Position numbers and translations under genes: made by a program. From the human T2T-CHM13v2.0 reference genome, Homo sapiens, in NCBI RefSeq assembly GCF_009914755.1, contig NC_060926.1: DNA of 64,000 nucleotides; one strand, 5' to 3'. Positions 26,130-39,952 of this stretch are shown here, piece by piece. Each line of letters starts with the position of its first letter. Position 1 is the stretch's first letter. The notes beneath the pieces are model-generated. The model saw only the letters and a list, made by a program, of their open reading frames with translations. It was not told the origin of the DNA and made no database searches.

Positions 26130-28525
26130 TGTTTTGTTTTTTAAAATTAACTGTATTTGTAATAATTTATATATTGTAGAATGTACTCATTCAAGTGTAA
26201 TTAAGTGAATATTCACAAATCTATTCATCCATGAAAACTCTAAAACGATAAAAAATGGACAACTTTTCCATCACCCACAAAGTTCTCTCATGCCCCTTTG
26301 ATCACTACCTCACACTCCAGGAAACCACTGATAGGATCCTTCACCATAGCTTAGCTTCATCTGGTCTAGAACTTCACATAAATATTACCTTACAGTATTA
26401 TCTCTCTCTCTCTCTGACTGTTTTTTTTTTCATTTACTACTCTTGGGTTAGTATCTAGGGGGAAAATTACTGGATTCAATGTTAAATTTATATTCATCTT
26501 TATAGGGAATTGGTAAACTGCTTTCCAATGTACTTGCACAATTTTTCATTGCTACCAGCAATATATGACAGTTCCAGTTCCTTTGCCTGTCACTCACATT
26601 TGGTATTAAAACCTCCATTTTAATTTTATTTGTTGCTACATATGTGTTATTACATTGTATACTGGCGTTACAAGATCTTTGGGGTGTTGTTTTCCTGGCC
26701 AGAAATCTCTGTGGCCAGTGGTGCCTTTGCCTGAGTTTTGTTCACGCCCACTGGGCTCATTTTGCTCACTCAGTCTGGCAGGCTGCACTCAGCTCATTCT
26801 ACTGGCCCGGGTCCCAGGCCTGCCAAGGGTGAGTCAAGTGTGGAGCAATGAGGGTTGCGTGAGCAAGTGTGGGGTCGGGCCACTGCACACAGTCAGGCAT
26901 GCCGGCTGCTGCAGCTGGGCAGACAGCTCCAAGTGCCAACATGGGCACCCGCTCTCTGTGAGGCTGTAGCCAGACCAGGTGCACTACAAGCAGCTTCCAC
27001 AGCTAACACGGTGGTGCCCAGAAGCTTGGAGACACCAGGAACCACAGGGCCCCATGGTCTGGACTCCCTGAAGGGCCACAGCTCTTCTTTCCTTCTCTTT
27101 GCCTACAGCATGGTGAGGAAGGGGCATGTCTTAGCCCTGTTTGTGTTACAGCTCTTTTAGGCTTACCATTTGGTGGGTCCCAAGTTCTTGTCCTGCAACC
27201 AGGAAGAATGAAGTATGCACAGAAGTGGAGGGTGTGCAAGATGAAGAGGAGCTTTATTGAGTAATATAACAGCTCAGAGGAAACCCTCAGGGGGCATCTC
27301 CCTTCCACAGCCAGGGTATCCCAAGGAATGTTCAGCTCCTAGCAGAGAGGGTGTCTCCTCTCTGCTAGGCAAGTCATCCTGACAAGAGTTCAGTGGGGCA
27401 GAGACGGTGGCTCCCCTCTGAAGCTGGTCATCCTGACTGCTCAACTCTGACTGAGCTCGGGGCTTTTATGGGCCTCAGAGGGGAGGAAGTTCTTGTCGAT
27501 TGGTCCATGGGCGGCCATGGGTAGGCCTGGAAAAGCCACCATATATTCCCATTTTGATCTGTGGGACTGGCAGCCCTGACGCCAGCCTTCAGGCCTTCCC
27601 TGGCCTGAAGGTGGGGCCTCACTGGGGACCTGCCCCCTTCTGCCCAGGAACGTGTTTGCCTCCTGCTGTCATTCATGGTGTCCAGGCTGTAGGTGCCAAT
27701 GGGTGCCTGCAGGCCAGCACTGAGCGGCCCTCAGCACCCCCTTGGCTTCCCTCCTATGTTCATCAGTGCCCAAGTATGGAAGGGGCCAAGGTGGCAGGGG
27801 CTGGCATGTCAGCAGTGCCCTGAGCCTGTGCACACCTGGCTGGGCTGCAACAGCTCCCAGGCTAGGCCCTGACTTTGCTCTGAGATCAGAGCAGGTGCCA
27901 ATAGCAGGGAGAAGCCAGGCTGTGGGAGCAGGCAGTCTTCCTGGGCCCCCAAGAGTGCAAAGATGCCTGGATCCACAGCCGCAGTTTGGGTGGCTGCAGT
28001 CTGCGCCTGGAAGGGCAGGGCTCCCACGTGCTCCTGGGCCTCAAGAATGCAGGGATGCCCGGGTCTGCAGCCATGGCTTGAGCAGCTGCAGTGGGAACCA
28101 GGAACCCCAACTCAGAAGGGATGGGGCTCCCACTTGTCACCAGGTCCAGCAGCCTTCGTGGAGTGTGCAGCCCTGCTGTGCCTCCATGCTGCAACTGGCA
28201 TGATGGCACTGGCCAATCCAGATGGGCTGCCACTGCTATCACTGGTTCCATTTTTCATTTCCTGGTGACTAATGATGCTGAGCATATCTTTATGTGCTTT
28301 TTTTGCTATCTATACCTCTTCTTTGCTAATTTATTTCTTCAAATTTTTTCCCCATTATTTTTGTTTTCTTATTATTGTGTTCTAAGAATTCTCAATATAT
28401 TCTAGATACAAGTTTGTAAGATATATGTATTGAGAATATTTTCTCTCACTCTATGGCTTGCCCCTTCAAAGATACCTTTCCAAGACCAAGTCTTTTAATT
28501 TTGGTGAAGTCCAGTTTACCAACAC
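26130..28525 (-). mobile_element. L1ME/L1MB-class 3' region interrupted by MER52
   Basis: TTTCCATCACCCACAAAGTTCTCTCATGCCCC. Resumes after 28245 with CATTTCCTGGTGACTAATGATGCTGAGCAT. Confidence 0.8.
26666..28241 (-). mobile_element. MER52 solo LTR (ERV1), complete, 4-bp TSD CTGG
   Basis: Minus strand begins TGATAGCAGTGGCAGCCCATCTGG and ends ACACCCCAAAGATCTTGTAACG. CTGG at 26662-26665 and 28242-28245. Minus-strand CCAAT (27499-27503), CATAAAA (27464-27470) and AATAAA (27253-27258) lie in U3-R order. Confidence 0.9.
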
Positions 28526-30280
28526 TAAAAAAAACAACTAACATTGATGCAATACTATTAACTATAGAGTTTTTCACGTTTGTCATTTGTCCCACTAGGG
28601 TCCTTTTTTCCATTCAAAGATCTAATCCAGGATGACATTGCATTTCATCACCATGCCTCCTTAGTCTCCTCCCATCTGTGACAAGGTCTCAGTCGTTCCT
28701 TGTTTCTTGGTGATTGTGACACATTTAAAATAGCAGGTATTTTGCAGTATGTACTGCAATTTGTGTTTGCCTGATATTTTCTCATGCATAGATGGGGGTT
28801 ATAGAATTTGGGGAAGAATACTACAGAGGTGAAGTGCCCATCACATCCTGTCACAGCAGGGGCACATGATATCAGCAAGGCTCGTTACTGGTGACGCTAA
28901 CCTTGACCACGTGGTTAAGGTGTTCTCTGTCAGTTTCTTCCACTGTGAAGTTATACTTTTTTTCCTTTCCATACTCTACTTATTAGAAATAAGTCATTAA
29001 GACCAAGGCTACACTCAAGGCCAGTGGGATTAAGCTCTACCTCTTGGAGGAAGGCACAGGAAATAATTTGTGGATCCATGTTAAAACCATTAAGAGTAAT
29101 TAACAAATATTTGTAACACTTTGAAGCTATAGAACTATCCTGTTTCTTCTTAAAGTTTACCTGTCTGATTTTAGAATTCCTTAGTGGATCTTGCCTGCAG
29201 CAATTATTACAGTTGCAGTCTAATGACGGTTTCCTATTACCCTGACTCTTTTTACATTTATTATTTGGAATTCTTCTGTAAGGAAGATTTGTTCCTCATC
29301 TCAATTTATATATTCAATCATTTAAATTAGCACAGATGCGTGTATTTTTATTTTCTACTCTGAGTTATAACCCCAGAACACTTTACTTACTTTGTTGCCC
29401 AGGTATTTAACTTTGGTCTTTGATTTCAGTTTGGCATCTATGCCCAACCACACCCCTTTTTAAAAGCATTTTCTAAGTTTTTGGCACAAGATGCTTCAGG
29501 CTTATTTTGTATTTCTTCAGTCCCACCCCTCAAATCATCTACTTCTCCAAGATATTCTAATTCCTTTTATGAGAACGTGGTATTTAGAAATCAAGATTTG
29601 ATTTGCTCATTTGATTTGCTCTAATTTGCTCATTGTTACTGGGTATCACTGCCTTGAGGCTCTCTCAGCAGACAGAGCTTAGCAGACAGACCTACAAAAT
29701 ATACATGTATATGCCTATGTATATACCTATATATTTATATATGTGTGAGTGCATATATTTATATATCTTGTTATGTGTATATACATTAAAATAAATATCA
29801 GTTAAGAGTGATATCCATGACTATAAGAAAATGCCAGAAGATTCATTCTAACCTTTTCTGCCCTGCTTGCTTATAACTTCTTTTCCTGACGTAATCTAGC
29901 TCTCACTATACACAATTTATTGACTTCTTTTTCAACCCTTGTATACATGTAGTGTAGTTTCAGAATTGCTAACTTGTACTGGTATGAGAAAGATTTATCA
30001 ACTAGAGTACAGCATTTATGTAAATTCTTTTTGTCTTGAATCTTAGAGTATCCAGCCAAACACTATTTTCCAAAGTTATTGAGGCCAGCTCCTTTATCCC
30101 CCAAACCCTTTGACCCTTAAGTGAGATTATATCACACATTTCTAATACAGTTATATTCATTTGTCCCGGTCTGCATTCCACCTGAGAATCCCCTGACACC
30201 TTGGTTCATGGGCTTTTCCCAATTTGCATATAGAACAATTCACTCCTTGTGGTTTACAATTTTATACATTTCCTGCCATC
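28526..30280 (-). mobile_element. L1MC3/L1MD-class long 3'UTR
   Basis: CTCCTTAGTCTCCTC, ACTACAGAGGTGAAGTGCC and GGTATTTAGAAATCAAGAT motifs. Same family as the element at 48880-51875. Confidence 0.8.
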
Positions 30281-30282
30281 AA

Positions 30283-33200
30283 GTTTTTTTTTATCTAAAA
30301 TGTTATTTTGCAATAACTGCAGATCGATTCACATGCAGTTGTAAGAAATAATACAGGCAATTCTTGGGTCTACTTTACCCAGTTGTCCTCAGTGGTAACA
30401 TCTTGCAAAACCATAGCACAATATCACAACCAGATATTGACGCTGATATAGTCAAGATGCAGAACATTCCATCACCACAAGAATCTCATAGTCACACCCA
30501 CACGTCCCTTCTCTTCCCACTCCCTCATAAACAGAGGCAATCATGAACTCATTCCCATTTACATAATTTTGTTATTCAGGAATGTTTTATAAGTGAAGTC
30601 AGGAAGTATGCAATATTTTAGTATCACTTTTTTATCTAGAGCAATTCCCTGATGTTTCATTCAAGTTGTTCCATGCATCGATACTTTGTTCCTTTTTAAT
30701 TTCTGAATAGTATTCCATTGTATGGACATAGCACAGATTATTTTAATCATTCACTCATGAAGAACATCTGGGTTCATCCCAGTTTTTAACTATTAAGAAT
30801 AAAGCTACTAGAAACATATACATATAGACTTTTGGGTGAATATCAATTTCAATTTATTTGGGAAAAACATTGAAGAGGGCAACTGCTTAATTGGTAGTTG
30901 TTACATATTTAGTTATTAAAAAAACTATTAGCTGTTTTTCAGAGTGGCTGCACTGTTTTACATTCCCATCAGCAATACATGTGTGATTCAGTTTCTCTGC
31001 ATCTTTTTCAGTATTTGATCTGTCATTTTTATGTTAGCCATATGAGAGATCTGTAATGATATCTCACTGTGGCTTTAATTTGCATTTCCCAAATCAGCTA
31101 ACTATGTTAAACATCTTTTCATGTGATTATTTGCTTGTTTCCCATCTTCATAAGCTCTTTGATGAAATGCGTGTTCATACCTTTTGCCAATTTTCAAATT
31201 GGATTATTTGTTATTTTACTGTTGACTGTTCAGAGTTCTTTATAGAGTGTAGATACTAGTTCTTTGTCAGGTGTGTGGTTTGCAAATATTTTCTTCCAGT
31301 TTGTACCTTGTGCTTTCATTCTCTTAACTGAGTCTTTTGCAGGACAAAAGTTTTTAATTTTGATAGTCTTTTATTTTTCCTTTTATGGGTCATCCTTTTG
31401 GTGACAAGTCTAAGAGCTCTTTGCCTAGCCTTAGATCTGAGATTGGGGTTACAGACATTCTTGCATGTGTTGCCAATTTTAGGAGAAAATTGCTGTCTTT
31501 CATTTTTATTAAGTATGATGTTAGCTAAAGGGTTTTTGAAGATGCTCTTCATGAAGTTACAAAAGTCTTTTCTGTTCTTAGTGTTCTGACAGCTTTTATA
31601 ATGAATTGGTGCTGAATTTTTAGATTGCTATTTTTTTTGCCTCTGTGGTGTGAAGTTTCTTTTTATTCTGTTGATAGGGTAAATTACAATGACTAGTTTT
31701 AAAATATTAAGCCAACTTTGCATTTCTTCAATAAACTCAAGTTAGTCATGATGTGTCATTAAACTTATTTCCTAATTTTTAAAAAAATTTGTGTGTGTAT
31801 CTTCATTAGATACATTGATAATTAGTATTCTTGTCTTCAAATGTTTTATATTAAATATTAGAGTAATAATGTCTTCATAAAATGAATTGGTATTTATTCC
31901 ATCTTTATGTCCTAAAAATATATCATGTAGAATTGTTAATTATTTCCCCCTTAAATATTTGGTATAACTCATTAGTGAAGTCAACTGATTCTGGGGTTTT
32001 CTTTGTGGGAATTCTGTCCATTTGTTTGTTTGTTTGTTTATCATCCAGCCCAAATGTCATTTGGGAATTTTTTTGATCACAAATATTTACCTAAAATATG
32101 TCTAGTCAGATTTTCTGCTTCATATTTTGTAAGAATATTTTCAAGGGATTAGACCATTTCGTCTGTATTGTTAAACTTATCAGCATAAAGTTATTAATAA
32201 CTTTGTTTTTAATTATTATTGTTCCTTTAATACCTGATATATTGATGACCTTTTCTTCATTCCTAATGTTGAAAATTTTTGTTCTCTTTCATTTTTTCTT
32301 GATCATTCTAGCTAGATGTTTATCAATTTTAATGATTTTTATAAAAAAAATCTGTCATTTGATTTTTCTCTATTGCTTATCTGTTTTCTACTAATAGATT
32401 TCTGCCTTTGTTTTTATTATTTCCTTTTCTGTATTTATTTTGTGTTTTATATGCTATTTTTCTAACTTATTAAAGTAGAAGTTTTGGTCATTGCTTTTAT
32501 ACTTTTCTTCATTTCTAACATAAGCAATTAAAGCTATACCTTCCCCGCTAATGTTTTAAATTCCAAGATATGATCTTCTTGGTGAATGTTTTATTTACTC
32601 TTGAAAGAAAAATGTATATTCTGCTACTGTTAGCAGGATACTCTACACATCTCAAGTAGACCAGCTTGGTAGATACTGTTATGCAAGGCTTTTGTCTCCT
32701 TACTATCTTTTTGTCTGCTTGTTCTACCAATTCCTGACAGTGTGGTGTTAGCGTGTGCTATTATAACTGTGAATTTTTCTGTCTCCTTACAGTTATATCA
32801 GTTTTTGCTTCCTGTTTTCAAAACTTTGTCATTTGGTGCCTATACATCATGAATTGTTATATCTTCTTGACAAATTGACCATTTATGTCATAAAATCTTC
32901 CTCTTTATTTTTGGTAACATTTCTTATTTAGAAGTCTGCTTTGTCTGATGTTAATATTACAGGTCCTTCATAATTCTTATGATTAGTCTTTACCTACTAT
33001 TCTAGGTTCACATTCTTTTATTTAGTCTATACTCTTTCTTTAAAGTATATTATTTCATATAGCATATAGCTGATCTTGCCCTATTAGTCAGCGTTTTAAT
33101 CCTTTTCATTTAACTAGGATATTGTAACAATTTGCATAGAATGTGATTAATACCACCTTGGTATTTTTTCTAATCTGCTTTTAACTCTTCTTACTCTTTC

Positions 33201-35228
33201 CCTCCTTTCTTTTGAATTATTTTTTAACATTCTATTTTATTTATATTAGTGACTTATTGGCTGGACCACTTTGCTTATTCATTTATTTTAATGTAGTTCC
33301 TTAATATCTTATAATATGCATCTTTAATATATCAAAGTCTTCCTTCAAATAAAATGATACCAGTTCATATATATTTTTTCCAAACATTGTAAGTTGTTTC
33401 AGATATTTTTCTTCTACATATGATATAAATGCTACAAAAGATTATTAAGTGTTTTTGCGTAAAGCAGTCAATTATATTTTCTTAAATAAACTTATGAAAA
33501 AGTTGTATCTTTTATGTTTATGTCTTACATACAATTTTTTTTACTTTATATACATATTTAGCATTTATGACATTCCTCATTTTTTGTTAAGATCCTAATT
33601 TCTCTTTGGAATTATTTTCTTTCAGTCTGAAAACTTTTTAAATGTTTCTTGTACTGCAGGTCTACTGACTACAAATTTCTCAGTATTTTGTTTCTTTGAA
33701 AAAGTTTTTGTTTCATTGTTATTTATGAGTACATTTTTCTGTAAATATAATTCCAATTCATTTTTTAAACTGGCACTATAAATGTGCAATTGTATTGTCC
33801 TCTGGCTTGCATTGTTTCTGGAGAGAAGGTTTTGGTTATTCTTATTTTGTCCCCCTATATGTAATGTGTCTTTTTCCTCTGGTTCCTTTAAAAATTTCTA
33901 TTTACCACTGGTTTTTAGCAATTGTATTATGATGTGCATTTGTATGGTTTTCCTTGTGTTTACCCTACTTTGGTTTCATTCATCTTCTTGGATTTATGAG
34001 TTTATAGCTTCATCAAATTTGGAAACAATTCTGGTGTTTTGACTGGAGTATTTTTTTCTTCCCTCCTTTTTTTCTTGACTTCTAGTTACACGTGTCACAT
34101 TGCTTCCGATTGTCCCAACGTCACTGAGCCCTTGTTCATTTTCAAAACTGTTTAAAAAAAAGTCACTGTGCTTAATTTGGATAGTTTCTATTGCAACGTT
34201 TTAAAATTTTCTAATCTTTTCTTATGTGGTGTGTATGTTAAGCCCATTTGTTAAATATTTTACTTAATATATTGTATTGTTTTACATCTCCAGAAATTCC
34301 ATTTGCTTCTTTTTTATGTTTTCTCTGTCTTCCCTTACTATAGCATGTTTTCAGTTAAATCTTGAAGGATATTTGAAGCAGATTTTTTAAAGTATTTTAT
34401 GCTAATTCCAACACCTATGTTATTTCTAGGTCTGTTTCTTTTCATTGTTTTTTCTCCTGGTTTTGAAAGACATTTCTCTGCTTCTTTGCATGTCTAGTAA
34501 TTTTATTATTGATGCTAAACATTTTGGTGACCATCTGGATTTTTTGTCTTTTTAAAAAGTTTTTTGACTTTAATATTTTTAGCTAACTGTTAATTTACTT
34601 TAGGTCAATTTGTTTCTTTTGAGGCATGTTTTAAAATCTTGTCGGATCAGGTTTAGAGCAGTCTGTGCTATAGGTGTAGTTATTATTACTACTAAGATGT
34701 GGTCCTTCTGGTTTTGACAGAATGTCCTGAGTGTTTTACAAAGTATCTGCAATTGGACTGTTTGGAACTCAAATTTCTCCAAGCGGGAGGTAAGATCTAG
34801 GAACTTTTCAGCCTTTATCAACCCAGTAGTGTTTTTTAATGGCTTATGGTATTTTATGCAACTCAGGTGTAGCTTAGTACTCAGCAAAAAACTCAGAGAG
34901 ACTCCATTTATTTTTACAGAGTTCTTTTTATGCCATCTTATCCATTACTTTGCCCTGTGATTTTCAGCCACCTCCACCTTCCAGTTCCATTTCTTGTATC
35001 GTCAATACAGTGAAACTGCAGTTTTGCCTGTCGTGCCCTCGCTGTGGTGCTTATTGTCTGGAAAGTATCTTCATGCAGAAAACTAGAGCAAATCGTAGAG
35101 GTCATCCACTTTTTCTTTTTCTTCTTGATCATATTTTTGTGTTGTGTCTTCAGTGACTGAAAACACTTTTTCATATATGTTTCCTGTTTACTAGTTGGCC
35201 AGTGCTGCAGAACAGTGGAAGCAGAAAT
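30283..35228 (-). mobile_element. L1MC1-like 3' end joined to L1M ORF2/ORF1/5' region (internally deleted long L1)
   Basis: CACATGCAGTTGTAAGAAATAATAC (L1MC1 3' end). T-rich antisense ORF2/ORF1 text runs to a probable 5' start near 35228, with a jump in ORF2 at about 31445. Confidence 0.8.
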
Positions 35229-35938
35229 GCAAATTCATTTTTTTTTTTGCTATGATTCTTGTGCTTTTCAACATTTACCCAAAGACAATTCCAAATTCCA
35301 GTCTTGAACTTATCTAGGTGGTGTAATTTTGAACTCCCGCATATCTGAGAATGCCCTTTCAAAAGAAAGCACACCAGACTAGGACCTAAGGCTGGGACCT
35401 GGGGCTCCTGGCACCAGCGCAGGACCCCATGGCCTGTGCTGTCTTCTCTTCCAGCCTTTGTTGTGCAGAAAGGGATGGGCCAGCCTCAGTCTTGTTCCTC
35501 TGGAGGTCATCTGTTTTTCCATTTCTGTGTGAGTTACTAAAGGGATTTTCCCCGCTAAAAATCTTTAACACAAGTGGTTGTCAGAATGTATTCAGGGCCT
35601 AGAATTAAAATACTCTTTCTGATTTGCATGCTCAACCTTTTGTCATTTTAGAAAACTGACGTTGCTTTAGTTATCTGGATTAGTCCTGGGAGGACCTCTG
35701 ACTGCTGGGTCAGCGCCCTACCCTTTGTCCTGCAGGGTTCTCATCTGTCCCCAGTCATCTCTCTGCATTTGTCTTTTAACTCTTCCTTGTGAAAGAGCCA
35801 AGCTGGCTTGTTTTCCACATCAAACAGTTTTCCCCAGTGTGATGATTGCTTTACGCTCCCTCTAATGTAGGTTCTTTGATAACATGTGTCCATTGCTTGG
35901 TGCTCTTAAGGATTTCCCCGGTCTTCCCTCTTATCTCA

Positions 35939-36427
<489 letters not shown>

Positions 36428-37769
36428 TTAGGAACTGCATTGTTTTGTAATTTATCAATCCTTAAACTAGAGGTGATCTAGCCAGTTCAACAGCCAGGTT
36501 GTGTGGTCTGCTCATCCCTTCTTTTGTTTCATCTGGATACTCTCAAGATCCCTTCTTCGTCTGTAAGTCAAGGATCCTGGCCCAGTTGTCAGGATGTCAT
36601 GAAATGGTCCTCTGTGGCTCTGGTCCCTTGTGATTGAGAAAATCTTTTCCAAGCCTCATGGGCAGGTCTTCTGAAACAATGGAGGAAATGAGCAGCTGCT
36701 TGCCCAGCGTGCAGGGACATCAGGATCTCCTGGTCTGCAATCAGCCAACACATTTCTATTGAATATACTTCCCCCAAAAAGCGAGGAGCCATGACTGGCC
36801 CTGCCATCCTCTGAGTCTTCTTGGTGAATGGAGACGGCGATCTCAGAGTAAGTAATGAGAGAGGTATCAATGGTGGGCGGGCTGGGGCAGGGTGAGTGAG
36901 CAATGAGAAGAATCGGACTCATTCTTTGTGTCATGGGAGAGGCAGGGCCTGCTCAGCAGAGGGGCATCTGCCCAGTTTTGCCACATGCACAAGTCCTGGG
37001 CATCTAAGCCAAGTGTCGGGAATGCATTTGTCCCACTTCAGGTAGTATGCCGTGTGTCTGCCAGTGAGATGAGACTCAGCTCAGCTCCCTCAGCCCTGGG
37101 GGAGGTCACTCACAGGTGGGCGGCGGTCAGTTTCTAGGATTGTGAGATACTTTCTGGAGATCTGTGCTGTTCTAAGGTGAGATATAAAATTAACATTCAA
37201 CTTGTGATGGTGCCACTGCCTTCCACCCATGTGGAATTGACTTTCTCCCTGGCTGAGCCTGAAACATGACTCTCTCCAGATAAAGCAAAGTGGGGCAAAG
37301 AACTCTCGGCACCTGGGCCTGCCTCCAACTCTAGGGCAGCCCCAGGCAGTACCCAGATGTTGCCTCTTGAAATCCCCTCTTTCCCCAGCCCCAGAGTCCC
37401 AGTTCTCCCCCAGCTCTTTTCGTTGCCCCCTCCCTGCTCTGTCTCCCTCTGTTCACAGGCACCTTGAAGCCAGCGTTCTGGCTTTACTCATTTTCGTCCC
37501 TCTGTAACATTTCTCTACATGTGGTCGAGATCATTCTTGACTTATACTATCTCATAGAGAATCATAGCCCATCCATGCATCCCTAGCCCAAGCCTCATAA
37601 GCCTACTCAGATGGCTGTGCCACTCATGCAGTGAAGAACCCAGGGAAGGAGGATGATGGTGCTCAGTAGAACCCATTTCCTAGGGAGCTGACACATCAGT
37701 CTGGACTCTGATAGCAAGGCCCTGGGCCACATCAGAGGTAAAGACTGGAAATATTGACCAAAGAATTGT

Positions 37770-38270
37770 CCACACTCCGAACAGTTCTTTAGTTGGAGCT
37801 CTGAGAGTGAATTAAGTCACCCAGGGTGAAGGAGAAGGGAAGAAGGGTGGAAATGAAATCCCCAAGAGAGTGAGCATTTAAGAGACAGGCAGAGGAGATG
37901 AAAGCCGTGAGAGGAGATGAAAGACGGGCCAGAGAAAAGGTAAAGCAAAGACCGTGACGCAGTGGAGCCCAGACAACCAAGGCTTCAAGCAGGAAGTTCA
38001 GCCACACTCGCTTTCAAAAAATAGGAAGGTGACTGGTGTCTGAAAGATCCACTGTACTAGGCAAAAAAGAGGTCAGGGAAGACTGTGGCAGGAAGGGCGA
38101 GTGAAGGGCTCCGGGGGCTCAAGGAGCCGCCCAGAGGCGATGAGACAGGAATGCTGAGCACAGACAGCTTTAGGGTGGCCTGAGTGTGGCAGGAGAGAGT
38201 GAGTTGAGGACAGTGTGAGGCAGGGGGACAGAGGGTGCAGGGGGTGGTGGGCCCAAGCATCTAGTTTAAA
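37770..38270 (-). mobile_element. L2 internal fragment
   Basis: Purine-rich antisense L2 text (GAGAGTGAATTAAGTCACCCAGGG...CATTTAAGAGACAGGCAGAGGAG). Confidence 0.6.
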
Positions 38271-39371
38271 ATGGTGTGACTTGAGCTTATGAATAGAACA
38301 AAGAGATAAAGACAGAGAGAGAAAATGCAGAATAGGAGGTTGCAAGGAGGGCGGAGGAGAGGCCCTTTCTCTCCCCTTGTGAGGTTAGCTTCTTAGGAGC
38401 ACACGGCCTGGTGCCTGATGCATAACAGCTACTCAGTAAATATTTCCAGAGAGCAGAACAATAAATATTTCTTCCCTTACTCTGCTCCAGTTGCACAAGG
38501 CAGTAGTGTTATAGGGAAGGGAGTGTGGCTGCTACAGAGAGGCTGCTTTGCAAAAGACCCAACAGTTCCACTCCTGGATACAGAGCCCAGTAGCAGGCCC
38601 TCTGTGCTGCTTCCTGAATGTAGCACCCTTGGAGAGAAGTGGGCACGGTGTGGGAGGTCATAGAGCCGGGCACCCTGCACAGCGTTCCAGCCCGACCTGC
38701 AGCAGGAGCGCCAGCAACATGGACCAGGCCTCCCTCCAGTCAGCTTCGCTTCAAGGAGGAGAACTTGAGGCAACAAAAAGCCTCTGGGTAATTTCCAAGT
38801 CAAAGTTTAATTTCATTTGCACCTTTGGAAATAGTGTAAAACATAGGGATGATAATGCTCTGATTTCACCTGGCACACTTAAAATGTAAAAATGAACGCC
38901 TTTATTGATTTTCTTCACCACAAAATAAGCCATAAAACACAAATAAGTCAACCTCTCCAAGTAGAGCTCATTTGCAGCGGGGGAGCGCGCAGGCTGACAG
39001 AGCTCATCAATTACAGACTCTGAGTGATTTCTGAGCTTAAGTAGAACTTTATGGGCCAGGCTGTGACTCCACAATTGCCTTCTTCTATCATGATTCCTCT
39101 CCTGGGCCCCAGTGAAGCTGTGGGAAGTCCTTGGTAGTGGCCACACCGGTGGTCCTGGCACTCTGGTGGAAACTTGTGCTCCACATCTGAGCACGGAGGG
39201 AGAGGTAAGAGCCCAGGTTGTCAAGGTCCTCCTCGCACAGAGCCGAGGGCAGCTGGGGAAACAGCCATGCCCTCCGGAGCCCAGACCTGATTATTGCCTG
39301 TCTGTGCAGCATTAATTCCTTCTTCTACTCCAGGCCCCCCAGTCTCACCCAATTACACAGTTCCCTCATGT

Positions 39372-39952
39372 TGTATCAGTCAGGGGTTCAATCCGAGAAG
39401 CAAAGGCACTAGAGGTGACATTGAATAAGGGATTTGTCATAGGACTAGGCCTTCCCCAGGGTGGGTGCAGGCTGGGTAGGGTGCTGCTTCTGCATCCAGC
39501 TCTGAGCCTGAGGTCACCCATCTACGGGTCAGCCAGGCATAGCAGTGGAGGAAAACAAGAAACTGGGTGTGGACGAGGTCAAGGGCAACTGGAACCAGGC
39601 AATACACCCAGGGATGCATGCTTGCCTCCATCACCTCCCGCCTCTATGCTGTGGGTGACCTGGGGGAGAACCCAGCTCTTTGGCCATGGTGCTACATCTG
39701 CACCTGGCCCAGGTCTTGGAGAAGTGAAGGAAGACATCTAAGGGAACCAGAGACATGTAGGTCTGGGTGCTGCCCTGTGCCTGCCAGGCGAGCCCCCAGG
39801 TTGATGAAAGCATGTGTGAGCTGCCACAGGGCTGCACACCTGCCCTTGTCTTCAGAGCATAAAAATATGGTTGTAAAACATCCCTTGAGCCAACCTAAGT
39901 AGAAACCCTACAGGGAATGGAATCCGAGGAATGTGGTTCCCACCCAGCCACA
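39372..39952 (-). mobile_element. MLT2F-like ERVL LTR
   Basis: Starts TGTATCAGTCAGGGTTCAATCCGAGAAGCA. Ends near CCTACAGGGAATGGAATCCGAGGAATGTGGTTCC. Confidence 0.65.

Noticed and set aside
26644-28405. Cluster of overlapping 60-150 aa ORFs and high GC resembling a gene or CpG island
   Set aside because: Explained by the GC-rich MER52 LTR, which has few stop codons. CpGs are largely decayed.
38971-38992. CTCF-like GCAGCGGGGGAGCGC
   Set aside because: Fits the CCAGCAGGGGGCGC core only with a gap or several mismatches.
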